Assembly: GCF_045862395.1 (NCBI RefSeq)
Contig: NZ_AP023087.1
Span: forward strand, 4,282,450 to 4,314,449
Direction: 5' to 3'
Source of the DNA: Marinicellulosiphila megalodicopiae
GTDB taxonomy: Bacteria > Pseudomonadota > Gammaproteobacteria > Pseudomonadales > Natronospirillaceae
Length of the DNA stretch: 32,000 bases
In this document: positions 1 through 7,941 of the stretch, piece by piece
Position numbering within the stretch: the stretch's first letter is position 1
How the letters are laid out: each line of letters opens with the position of its first letter
The notes under the pieces: generated by a model
Database searches by the model: none
Told to the model about the DNA's origin: nothing
What the model saw: the letters and a program-made list of their open reading frames with translations, nothing else
Made by a program: the position numbers and the translations under genes

Positions 1-158
1 ATACTTACATCCGATAATTTCGGGTACACTTTTAATTCGAGTTGAATGCCATTACCAGTAACATTGAAAATATATAAATTACCAACAAGCTCATCTACTA
101 TTTCCTCTGGAATAGATTCCAAACATTCTATAAATTCAGTTTCATCCCACTTTAACAT
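1..158 (-). CDS. Partial hypothetical protein (MLKWDETEFIECLESIPEEIVDELVGNLYIFNVTGNGIQLELKVYPKLSDVS...), running off the left edge; first ORF after an attC-like site in array orientation
   Basis: Manual translation of the reverse strand from ATG at 158 stays open to position 1; not in the ORF track because it is truncated by the window edge. Starts ~17 bp past the attC-like site. Confidence 0.6.
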   Translation of the reverse strand, partial: MLKWDETEFIECLESIPEEIVDELVGNLYIFNVTGNGIQLELKVYPKLSDVS

Positions 159-174
159 CTATAGTAATCCCGAT

Positions 175-280
175 AGGCATATAACGCCGCAATAAGCGGT
201 GAGTAACAGTTGGCTAAAATGCAGCGAAGCGGAACGAGCCCACTGTTACGAATCCGACTTGATTGCCTTGTTAAATGCCT
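175..280 (-). other. Integron attC-like recombination site 1
   Basis: Reverse strand reads AGGCATTTAACAAGGCAATCAAGTCGGATTCGTAACAGTGGGCT...AGCCAACTGTTACTCACCGCTTATTGCGGCGTTATATGCCT: R'' TTTAACA, R' GCGTTAT, paired L boxes, and an imperfect inner stem AACAGTGGGCT/AGCCAACTGTT. Confidence 0.8.
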
Positions 281-323
281 GTATAAATCATGCATAGTAT
301 AAATTTTTCACGGGCACATAAAA

Positions 324-614
324 ATGACAGATATGACAGATTTAGAAGCAAGAATTACTGTATTAGAAGGTCAAATGCAGCAAGTGCTATCAAGCTTATC
401 ACTAATGGATAATTCATTAAATACTTTCGGTGATTACAAAAACCGAACAGGTGAAGAGTTAACCTTCATTGACAATCAAATCCAGATAATGATGAATACT
501 CTGGAATCTATCTTATCAAGCAATATGCATCAAACAGATCTTGTTAGAGCTAAGGCGTTAAAAAAACGACTTAAAAACAATCAAACTAGAGCAAGAAAAG
601 CTAAGGCATCCTAA
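324..614 (+). CDS. Small coiled-coil-like hypothetical protein (96 aa) upstream of an HNH gene
   Basis: ORF track; heptad-like N-terminus and basic C-terminus; ends 2 bp before the HNH ORF, suggesting co-expression. Confidence 0.6.
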   Translation: MTDMTDLEARITVLEGQMQQVLSSLSLMDNSLNTFGDYKNRTGEELTFIDNQIQIMMNTLESILSSNMHQTDLVRAKALKKRLKNNQTRARKAKAS

Positions 615-616
615 AA

Positions 617-1006
617 ATGGTAAACAAAGCTGATCGCTTAGAGCGCTTAAAAGTATTACAGGAACAAGCAAGAAACCAAGAGCAGACGAGCTATTACGGC
701 GTGTTCAGCGAAGTTAGCGATTGTGCGAATATTCTGAATACTCTCGATCCTCAAAAACGCAAACCTTGGTTAACTGATGTACTTAATGACATGTATGTTA
801 AGCAACAAGGTATTTGTCCTGAATGTGGTCTAAAAATGGATCATAACGACTATGAAGTAGATCACAAAGTCCCTCATAAATTTGGTGGTGGAAACGAATC
901 ATCAAATATTCAATTAGTTCACCCCAAATGTAATCGACTTAAAGGTTCAAGTGTTGATACTTCTGTTTTGCTTCGATATTTGGAAGATCGATATCAAAAT
1001 TTATAG
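617..1006 (+). CDS. HNH endonuclease domain protein (129 aa)
   Basis: CPECGLKMDHNDYEVDHKVPHKFGGGNESSNIQLVHPKCNRLKG matches the HNH pattern with two paired-Cys motifs (CxxC, DH, HxxCN). Confidence 0.85.
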   Translation: MVNKADRLERLKVLQEQARNQEQTSYYGVFSEVSDCANILNTLDPQKRKPWLTDVLNDMYVKQQGICPECGLKMDHNDYEVDHKVPHKFGGGNESSNIQLVHPKCNRLKGSSVDTSVLLRYLEDRYQNL

Positions 1007-1020
1007 CCGGATACTACGGA

Positions 1021-1129
1021 AGGCATTTAACGCCGCAATAAGCGGCAAGATAAATGTTGGCTATAATTGTTGTGAGGAACGAACAGCAGCCAACGTTTAG
1101 CTGTCCGGTTTAATTGCATTTGTTAGACT
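1021..1129 (-). other. Integron attC-like recombination site 2
   Basis: Reverse strand: GTCTAACAAATGCAATTAAACCGGACAGCTAAACGTTGGCTGCTG...TAGCCAACATTTATCTTGCCGCTTATTGCGGCGTTAAATGCCT; R'' YCTAACA, R' GCGTTAAA, L'/L'' pairing and inner stem TAAACGTTGGCT/AGCCAACATTTA. Confidence 0.85.
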
Positions 1130-1133
1130 TACA

Positions 1134-1658
1134 TTACTCTGGACTTTTGAGTAATCCACTTTTGTATAATTCTCGCCACACGTTAATATACATTTGTTGA
1201 CCATCAAGATTATCTAAACAAACTGCAACTGTATCTCCTAAATTCCCAAGGAATACACTACTACCCTCTGTTTTATCAGATTCTAAATCAGCTAGCAAAG
1301 TAGTACGGATTGTTTGAGGTATTTGATCACCAAGAAACTTTGAAAACTCCCAAATTCTTTCAAATTTTTCTGGGCTGATATCTTCAGTTAACTCGCTGAC
1401 AACCATTGACATTGTTACTGCTAATTCTGCTCCATTTGAATAATCTGAAAACTGTTTGGATTTTGCTGGTGCGGCTTTTTCAATGATTTCAGATATTAAC
1501 TTTAAACTAGCTGCACAAACTCCCCATGCATGTGACTCTTCATCAGTAACGTTAATATTTATAAATTTTATAGAATCATCAACATAGCTTTCGCTGTTTG
1601 CATTTAATATCAAAGAAAACCCAATGGATAAAGTTAGTAATATTTTTTTCATAATCAT
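1134..1658 (-). CDS. Hypothetical secreted/periplasmic protein with N-terminal signal peptide (174 aa), cassette-borne
   Basis: ORF track; MKKILLTLSIGFSLILNANS signal-like start; lies between two attC-like sites in array orientation. Confidence 0.6.
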   Translation of the reverse strand: MIMKKILLTLSIGFSLILNANSESYVDDSIKFININVTDEESHAWGVCAASLKLISEIIEKAAPAKSKQFSDYSNGAELAVTMSMVVSELTEDISPEKFERIWEFSKFLGDQIPQTIRTTLLADLESDKTEGSSVFLGNLGDTVAVCLDNLDGQQMYINVWRELYKSGLLKSPE

Positions 1659-1690
1659 CCTAATTTTAGTTGATTAATGTAGATATGAAG

Positions 1691-1806
1691 TCTAACGCTC
1701 TAATAAACCGCGCAACAACGCGGAGCTTTCATTGTGTAAACTTCGCGAAGCGAAACACAATGAAAGCGGAGTGTTTTGCGTCGGTTTTAATTAGCTTTGT
1801 TATATT
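1691..1806 (-). other. Integron attC-like recombination site 3
   Basis: Reverse strand: TATAACAAAGCTAATTAAAACCGACGC...CTTTCATTGTGTTTCGCTTCGCGAAGTTTACACAATGAAAG...GCGCGGTTTATTAGAGCGTTAGA; R''/R' and L boxes plus a 13-bp inner stem CTTTCATTGTGTT / ACACAATGAAAG. Confidence 0.8.
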
Positions 1807-2387
1807 TTTAGTTGTTTATATGCAACATTTAAGGATAAATAAAGATCTAAACGACCTTGAAGTATTTTATCTCGCCACTCTTCAGTCTGTTTAATTTCCA
1901 TTTCTTTATTTTCTCTCGATGCGTATCTATAAAAGTTAGATATGATATCGCCATAATTTCTAAGCGCCAATTGTTGATCTACGCAACCCAATAATAATAG
2001 GCGACCTTCAGAATTAGTGACACCCTTAAATAAAGTAAATATCTCTTCACGTAACAATGTTATTTTGTCATTTTTATCATAAGGTGCTTTAGGGTTTTTT
2101 GACCATTCAATTATGAATGCCCAATACTTCAAAAGAGCATGAGTCATTTCTTCAATTTCAGATGTAACAGATTCAAGAGTTTCTCTATGTTTTGTAATAT
2201 ATTCTTTTTCAATCGATTTTGAATGGTTATGCTTAGCAAGTGAATATGCTGAGACACCACTAATTAAAGCACCAAAACCAATTTTAATAGCAGTATCTGC
2301 AATTTCTATCCATGTGGTTGCCACAATTCTATCCTCTAAAATATAACATGTTATTAGACGGATTTTTTCTTCATTTCGCATTTTCAA
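1800..2387 (-). CDS. Hypothetical protein with one predicted transmembrane segment (195 aa), cassette-borne
   Basis: ORF track; IADTAIKIGFGALISGVSAYSLA hydrophobic stretch; stop codon overlaps the R'' side of attC-like site 3. Confidence 0.55.
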   Translation of the reverse strand: MKMRNEEKIRLITCYILEDRIVATTWIEIADTAIKIGFGALISGVSAYSLAKHNHSKSIEKEYITKHRETLESVTSEIEEMTHALLKYWAFIIEWSKNPKAPYDKNDKITLLREEIFTLFKGVTNSEGRLLLLGCVDQQLALRNYGDIISNFYRYASRENKEMEIKQTEEWRDKILQGRLDLYLSLNVAYKQLKI

Positions 2388-2849
2388 TAGTTACCGTCGA
2401 TTTATTTGAATAACACAATATACATGAGCTCAAACACAATTAAAATTACTAAAACAACTATTTTTTTGAAGTAAATACGGAATATGTCTTTGCTATTTTA
2501 GAGTCTTGATATAAAAACATAGCAAATTGCAGAAACACGGAAAAATAGATAGCAAAAAGAAATAGGGAAAAATTCTGTCTATCTGATAATTAACATCCCA
2601 TGGGTTATGGGAGTTTTCTAAAATTTAAATGAAAATCGAGTAATTAAAGTGATATTACAACGTATTTAGTAACAACTCCCTGTACATTCAAATTTTGAAT
2701 TTTGAGAAATATGGATATTTTCCATATTTCTTGTCCGCCTATTTTTTTTTACTATTTTTCTGTCTTTGAGCTGGATTTACTATTTTTTTGGCTAAATCTG
2801 GATATCCAGTCAGCAATAATAGGGAAAATATGTAACTCCTTTTTTATAG

Positions 2850-3165
2850 ATTTGGATAGTTTTTTCGTAATGAATCACGAACCTACAGTGAGATTAATTT
2901 CTATATCGAGGTCTACGTGTGGGTGATATTTTCGTGTTGATTTGGATTGTTTTTTCCGAATAAATCCGGAACCTACAGGTGAGATTAATTTCTGCATTGA
3001 GGACGACGTGTGGATGGTGTTTTTCGTTTTGTTTTGGATAGTTTTTCCGAATAAATCCGGAACCTACAGGTGAGATTAATTTCTGCATTGAGGACGACGT
3101 GTGGATGGTGTTTTTTTCGTTTTGTTTTGGATAGTGTTTTCGTAATGAATCACGAACCTACAAAA
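2850..3165. repeat. Imperfect tandem repeat, ~90-94 bp period, about 3.4 copies
   Basis: ACCTACA anchors at 2881, 2971, 3062 and 3156; shared GAGATTAATTTCT...GAGG...ACGTGTGG...TTTTCGT...TTTGGAT blocks. Confidence 0.9.
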
Positions 3166-3541
3166 GCTTATCCTGTTAGTTAAATTTTCGGTAACGTCTT
3201 ACGGCTTGCCCCCTTCGTTTCTTCTATATAGATTAACCTATATTTTCGTTTGGTATTGTATACATCGAGTCGCTCAATTGGCCTATAAATCTATTCAGCG
3301 ATGGTATTAAATTTTTTATTTTTTGAAGAATTATGATGTGAGTAATATTTGGACCACAAAGGCTTTTAAGGGTTTGCTTTTTGATTGCTGCTTTGTTTGT
3401 CTATGGTTATGAAAATCGAGCGAATGCTGAATCAGCTTCGGCTTTGATTTTCCTGCGGAGCAATTTCAAATAAAAAGAGAGTTTCTAGCTGTCCCCCACG
3501 CACTTTATTACAAAAGAAACACATCACTTTCAATTTGAGTG

Positions 3542-3580
3542 TCTGACTATACCGTCTGACTAAACCTTCTGACTATGCCG
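3542..3580. repeat. Three tandem 13-bp units (TCTGACTATACCG / TCTGACTAAACCT / TCTGACTATGCCG)
   Basis: Read directly. Confidence 0.85.
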
Positions 3581-3755
3581 ATTCAGGTCAACCAAATAGC
3601 CAGCCACTTTAATTGTTGAAACATCGATTATTGCTAATTTATATTTAGTAATGTCCGTTGAACAAAGATACCCAAACAGCTGACGTAAAACTCATAATTC
3701 TTCCATTAGCGCGACAAGTCTAATAAATAATAATGATATTTTTTAACAAAATTAT

Positions 3756-4403
3756 TTATACACTGTTTACTTTTTTTGCCACAATAAATAATGCTGCTTT
3801 TTCATGTGGCTGCCATTTATATTCTATTTTAAATCCCACTTTTTCAAATTGCTCAACTAACTCATCACAAGAAAACTTCATAACCAAAGGTGCTACCCCA
3901 AGTTTTGTCATAATAGGTAATATCCATTGCAATATCTTGGACTGCTGCTTTAAACAAGTTGTACTACTAATAAGCACTGCATCTTTGGGAAGGGAATGAT
4001 ATATTTTTTGTATCACTTCAGTGTAATTAGGCAATAAATGAAAGACACTCAATGCCAATACCATTTCATACTGATCTTTTTTTATTTCAAAATCATCTAT
4101 ACCCGTTTGAACAAATTGAATATTGTCGATGCCTTTTTGTTTTGCTTGCTGTATACCTACATTCAATAACGGTTCGCAGTAATCAATCGCCGTATAATGC
4201 TTTACATTGGGCGCATGTTTAATTGCCGTGCCGCCAGTTGCACATCCTATTTCTAAAATCGATGTATTTTTATCGTAGTATTTTTTTGTTTCCTCTAATT
4301 TGTGTTGATAAGCAGCTTCATCTGCAATGGGTTGACTTGCATATTTACTGGACATTTTATTCCAAAATTTAAGACCTTGATTCATGACATCTCCTAATTG
4401 CAC
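3756..4403 (-). CDS. Class I SAM-dependent methyltransferase (215 aa)
   Basis: ILEIGCATGGTAIKHAPNVKHYTAIDYCEPLL (motif I and post-I), FEIKKDQYEMVLALSVFHLLPN. Confidence 0.85.
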   Translation of the reverse strand: MQLGDVMNQGLKFWNKMSSKYASQPIADEAAYQHKLEETKKYYDKNTSILEIGCATGGTAIKHAPNVKHYTAIDYCEPLLNVGIQQAKQKGIDNIQFVQTGIDDFEIKKDQYEMVLALSVFHLLPNYTEVIQKIYHSLPKDAVLISSTTCLKQQSKILQWILPIMTKLGVAPLVMKFSCDELVEQFEKVGFKIEYKWQPHEKAALFIVAKKVNSV

Positions 4404-4478
4404 TGGTTACTTGAAAGAGCATATCAAAAAAAATTTGAAATACACTATGACCATTGGATATAAATCACACACAAATAA

Positions 4479-4512
4479 AAAAAGTCACAAAGATTACTCT
4501 TTGTGACTTTTT
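4479..4512 (-). terminator. Rho-independent terminator after the GH16 gene (possibly bidirectional)
   Basis: Perfect 14-bp inverted repeat AAAAAGTCACAAAG-ATTACT-CTTTGTGACTTTTT. Confidence 0.9.
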
Positions 4513-4537
4513 AATTAAGCGTTAAATTTTATAAAAA

Positions 4538-7348
4538 TTATTCGCCTCTATAATGATCTAATGTAATTTTCAAAATACCACCACTTGCGCTGACTTGATT
4601 TGGACTAAATTTCGCATCGTTTTCACCAAAAGTCCAATTCGCTAGACTCCAACGGTTAGTATCAAGAGTATTAAAATCATCAGTCCACTGCAATACAAAA
4701 TTACCTGTGTTTTGATCAAGTGATGAGTATGACAAGTAATCTAATTCCATAGAAACTGGATACACAGAATCATCAATCGCTCCCACCCACTCTGCAATAT
4801 TTGCAGGCCAAAGGTTTAAACGTATTCCTTGCAGACTTGTTAAACTTGCGTATTGATCAACTGTCATATTTTCTTTTCCTGCTCTAGACAAAAATTGTCC
4901 ATCTAAGAAAAATTCAACACGATCTGGATACCAATCCATACGGTACAAATGAAAATCATCTGCTAAAGATTGTACTTGTGTATGCAGTGCATCACTTGTA
5001 ATACGCTCTGACGCTTTACCAGTAATAATATTCGTTTGTAAATCAACGGCATTATTTTTACCTAACACCTCCATATCAATTTCTTCCCAAGGCTCAGGAT
5101 CGACTTCACTGCCATTTTTGTAAGTAAAATAACCATTAACAATACCACTACCTTTTGCCGCTTTCATTCTTAATTCAATACTACCGTATAGATATAGATC
5201 TTCGGAGTAGATTTCGCCGGATGAATATAGCTTGTCATCGTTTAACGAATAATCAACTTCTTTAGGTGGCGTTACAATAACCGAACCGTCCGATTTTGAA
5301 ATTTCTAAATATTTAATTCTGATCGCTTCTTCTTTATATAGTTTTGGAAGATTTAAAGCAGCAAACTGATTATTATCACTTTGTTGTGTACCAGTTAAAT
5401 AATTACGGTAAGTATTTCGCGATTTTGTTTCAGCAACAAAACTCATGTCCGATGGAACCAAATCTTTTACATCATTAAAAGAAACAGTTTGTACACCCCA
5501 GTTTGCAACTTCTTCACGATAAATTAAACTGCTCACTGGCACGCTAACTCTTAGCCATTGATCATGGTAATCACGATCAATCGTTAAATTAATTGTGCCA
5601 TGAACATCACCTTGCGTCGCATAATCATCACCAGGAATAGGATCAACGCCGTCGTAGTTTAATTGGATATCTAAGTAAAATTCACCATCGTCAAATTCAT
5701 CAAGTTGCGCTGAGGTTAAACCACTATATGCACTGCGAACTTCTGTATTAGTTGGTAATACTGAGTTTGCAGAATCGATATAAATATCCATTGTGATCGT
5801 ACCTAAATCTGCAAACGATGCATTATCATTTGAAACTGGGAATTTAAATCCATTACCATGCTGTGAATCCCAATCTGTATATTTTTTCACTAGAATATTG
5901 TTGATTGATTGTGCACCGTTACAGTTAGCATTCGCGGTATAGCCTTTATCAATCACGTAGTCAGCCGTTGATTGAGCGATACCATCCCATTCTGTTGCAT
6001 TAGAATTCACATGACTCCAATCGTTATTGATGTTTGACATAGAGCCATCAACCAATAAATATCCGTCATGATCAATTACAGGATTTAAACCACATGTATT
6101 TATTGCATACAGTTTATGTTGAGCGCCTGCTGGAAGTGCAATTAACGAATAACTTTCATCTCCAGTTGTGACTGCAGCTTCTACTGTAATCATCACAGGT
6201 GTTTCAATTGTATTAATGCTATCTTTGACAGTAAACGTAGCAGTATACACACCTTCATTTACAATTGTGGTAGTTGCAGTTTCGCTATTAAATGCTTCAT
6301 CATTTATTAACCATGAATAGCTTAAATTTGCATCATCTGCATCGGTTGCTGTTCCAGAAACAGTAAATGACTGTCCTGCTGTAACTGTGTAACTTGAATT
6401 AACGCTCACAACGGGTGCCACATTTAATTCAACTAACACGCTGATTGTTTTTATAGTTGGCTGATTTATTGAATCATCTGCCGTTAACTCAACTAAAAAA
6501 GTTTGGCTTGGTTGAGTTAAAGAAAAAATATGAGTTGGATTTTCTAAAGTTGAATCTCCTCCATCTTTAAAATCCCAATAATAGGTTATGCCATCACTTT
6601 CAGGATCAGAGGCATTTGCCATAAAATCCACCGAAACGGTATCAATAGTTTTTACACCAATTTGAAATGAAGGATTAGCAACAGGCGGATAATTTACTCC
6701 AACTTGTTTAGCAGGTACTGTAACTTCAACCATTTTAGTAGCTTTATTATTATCAGTGTCTGTTACGCTTAGTTCGACATTATGCACTACTATTGAATCA
6801 CCTAATACATAGTCATGAATTGGGTTTTCTAAACTTGAATCATTACCATCTTTAAAGTCCCAAAAATAAGTTAATTGATCGCCATCTGCATCTGCAGCAT
6901 TTGCTGTAAACGTAGCAGAGCCAGTCGAGGAAATTTGAACAACCGGATCAAGTGTAGGTGTCCTATTTTCACTTGAAGTAACAGCAGGAACAAATACATT
7001 TACAATTTTAGATTTAAATTCTCCTTTACTGTCATACACAGTTAATTCAACTTCATAAGTTGCATCCTCATTCAATTCAGGAAATTTATGTTCAAATGAT
7101 GTTGCGCTTGATGATGTCGGTGAACCATCTTTAAAATTCCAGACATAAATTAAACTGTCGCCATCAGCATCGAATACTGTTGGGTTAAGTGTCACTGTAT
7201 TATTTACTGCTGTTGTTGTGTTAAAACTAACCACAGGGGCTGCGTTATCTTCAGTATTTGTATTATTTGATGTTGACTCAGGATCAACACAACCTACGCC
7301 TGCAAAAATTGCAATGCTGCTGGCCGCACAAAGCGCTTTAAAGTTCAT
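4538..7348 (-). CDS. Lipoprotein with about four PKD/Ig-like repeats, an uncharacterised (possibly carbohydrate-binding) middle region, and a C-terminal circularly permuted GH16 domain (lichenase-type 1,3-1,4-beta-glucanase candidate; 936 aa)
   Basis: Lipobox-like FAGVGC; repeated YxWDFKDG PKD motifs; PWEEIDMEVLGK catalytic motif; GEIYSEDLYLYGSIELRMKA...FTYKNGSEV; N-terminal-type GH16 strand FVLQWTDDFNTLDTNRWSLANWTF is at the C-terminus. Confidence 0.85.
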   Translation of the reverse strand: MNFKALCAASSIAIFAGVGCVDPESTSNNTNTEDNAAPVVSFNTTTAVNNTVTLNPTVFDADGDSLIYVWNFKDGSPTSSSATSFEHKFPELNEDATYEVELTVYDSKGEFKSKIVNVFVPAVTSSENRTPTLDPVVQISSTGSATFTANAADADGDQLTYFWDFKDGNDSSLENPIHDYVLGDSIVVHNVELSVTDTDNNKATKMVEVTVPAKQVGVNYPPVANPSFQIGVKTIDTVSVDFMANASDPESDGITYYWDFKDGGDSTLENPTHIFSLTQPSQTFLVELTADDSINQPTIKTISVLVELNVAPVVSVNSSYTVTAGQSFTVSGTATDADDANLSYSWLINDEAFNSETATTTIVNEGVYTATFTVKDSINTIETPVMITVEAAVTTGDESYSLIALPAGAQHKLYAINTCGLNPVIDHDGYLLVDGSMSNINNDWSHVNSNATEWDGIAQSTADYVIDKGYTANANCNGAQSINNILVKKYTDWDSQHGNGFKFPVSNDNASFADLGTITMDIYIDSANSVLPTNTEVRSAYSGLTSAQLDEFDDGEFYLDIQLNYDGVDPIPGDDYATQGDVHGTINLTIDRDYHDQWLRVSVPVSSLIYREEVANWGVQTVSFNDVKDLVPSDMSFVAETKSRNTYRNYLTGTQQSDNNQFAALNLPKLYKEEAIRIKYLEISKSDGSVIVTPPKEVDYSLNDDKLYSSGEIYSEDLYLYGSIELRMKAAKGSGIVNGYFTYKNGSEVDPEPWEEIDMEVLGKNNAVDLQTNIITGKASERITSDALHTQVQSLADDFHLYRMDWYPDRVEFFLDGQFLSRAGKENMTVDQYASLTSLQGIRLNLWPANIAEWVGAIDDSVYPVSMELDYLSYSSLDQNTGNFVLQWTDDFNTLDTNRWSLANWTFGENDAKFSPNQVSASGGILKITLDHYRGE

Positions 7349-7860
7349 TTATCTTCCTCTTCTCATAGAATGAGAATGTAAATTAATAGTGATGAAATAT
7401 GTTTAAATTTTTATTATAAAAAATTAATAAATTGCTTATAAAATTTTAGGTCAAATATAGTCAACCTTTTAAAATTACAAATCAATGTCACTATATTTTG
7501 ATATATAAATTGTGAGACCTAATAGACATAAAATCGCCTACTAATTTACAAAACATTACATAAAGGTATACTTTAAATACATTATAGTTATGTGACACAG
7601 TGTCACATAACTCGAAAATACCCTTTAAAATAAGACCTTTTAACAGACAAAATTTCTAAAAAAATCCAAAACTTCATACAAAACATAACATTAATTTTGT
7701 ATTTTCTTATTAATTAAGCAATTGGAGTGATTATAGAATTTGTTTAAATTTAATGATAAAAACCTTTGTACTGAGTCATTATTTTTTCATACTCAGTTCA
7801 TCCTTTATTAAAAAATCTTCCTTGATTTTATATTGTTAAGTAGCTTTTAAATAACTATGT

Positions 7861-7917
7861 TTAGTACTTTTTTTTAGCAGCTTTTTCAGCAGCTTTTTCA
7901 GCAGCTTGTTTCTGCAT
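7861..7917 (-). CDS. Possible 18-aa Ala/Lys/Glu-rich mini-ORF (MQKQAAEKAAEKAAKKKY)
   Basis: Manual translation; internally repeated GCTGCTGAAAAA; 24 bp downstream of the SDR stop. Confidence 0.2.
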   Translation of the reverse strand: MQKQAAEKAAEKAAKKKY

Positions 7918-7941
7918 TTAAGTCATTATTTTTTAATTAAA

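Noticed and set aside
2702-3088. ORFs 2702..2926 + and 2894..3088 -
   Set aside because: Low-complexity, Phe/Ile/Ser-rich translations overlapping the tandem repeat; no motif or initiation context supports coding.
2850-3165. Possible CRISPR array
   Set aside because: The whole ~90-bp unit is repeated with no unique spacers, and no cas genes are present; it is a tandem repeat.
2400-3750. A degraded integron integrase (intI) next to the attC sites
   Set aside because: I looked for tyrosine-recombinase C-terminal motifs (HxLRHSxA, LLGHxxxxTTxxYTH) in translated stretches and saw none convincing.
3733-3999. ORF 3733..3999 + (88 aa)
   Set aside because: Antisense to the well-supported SAM methyltransferase.
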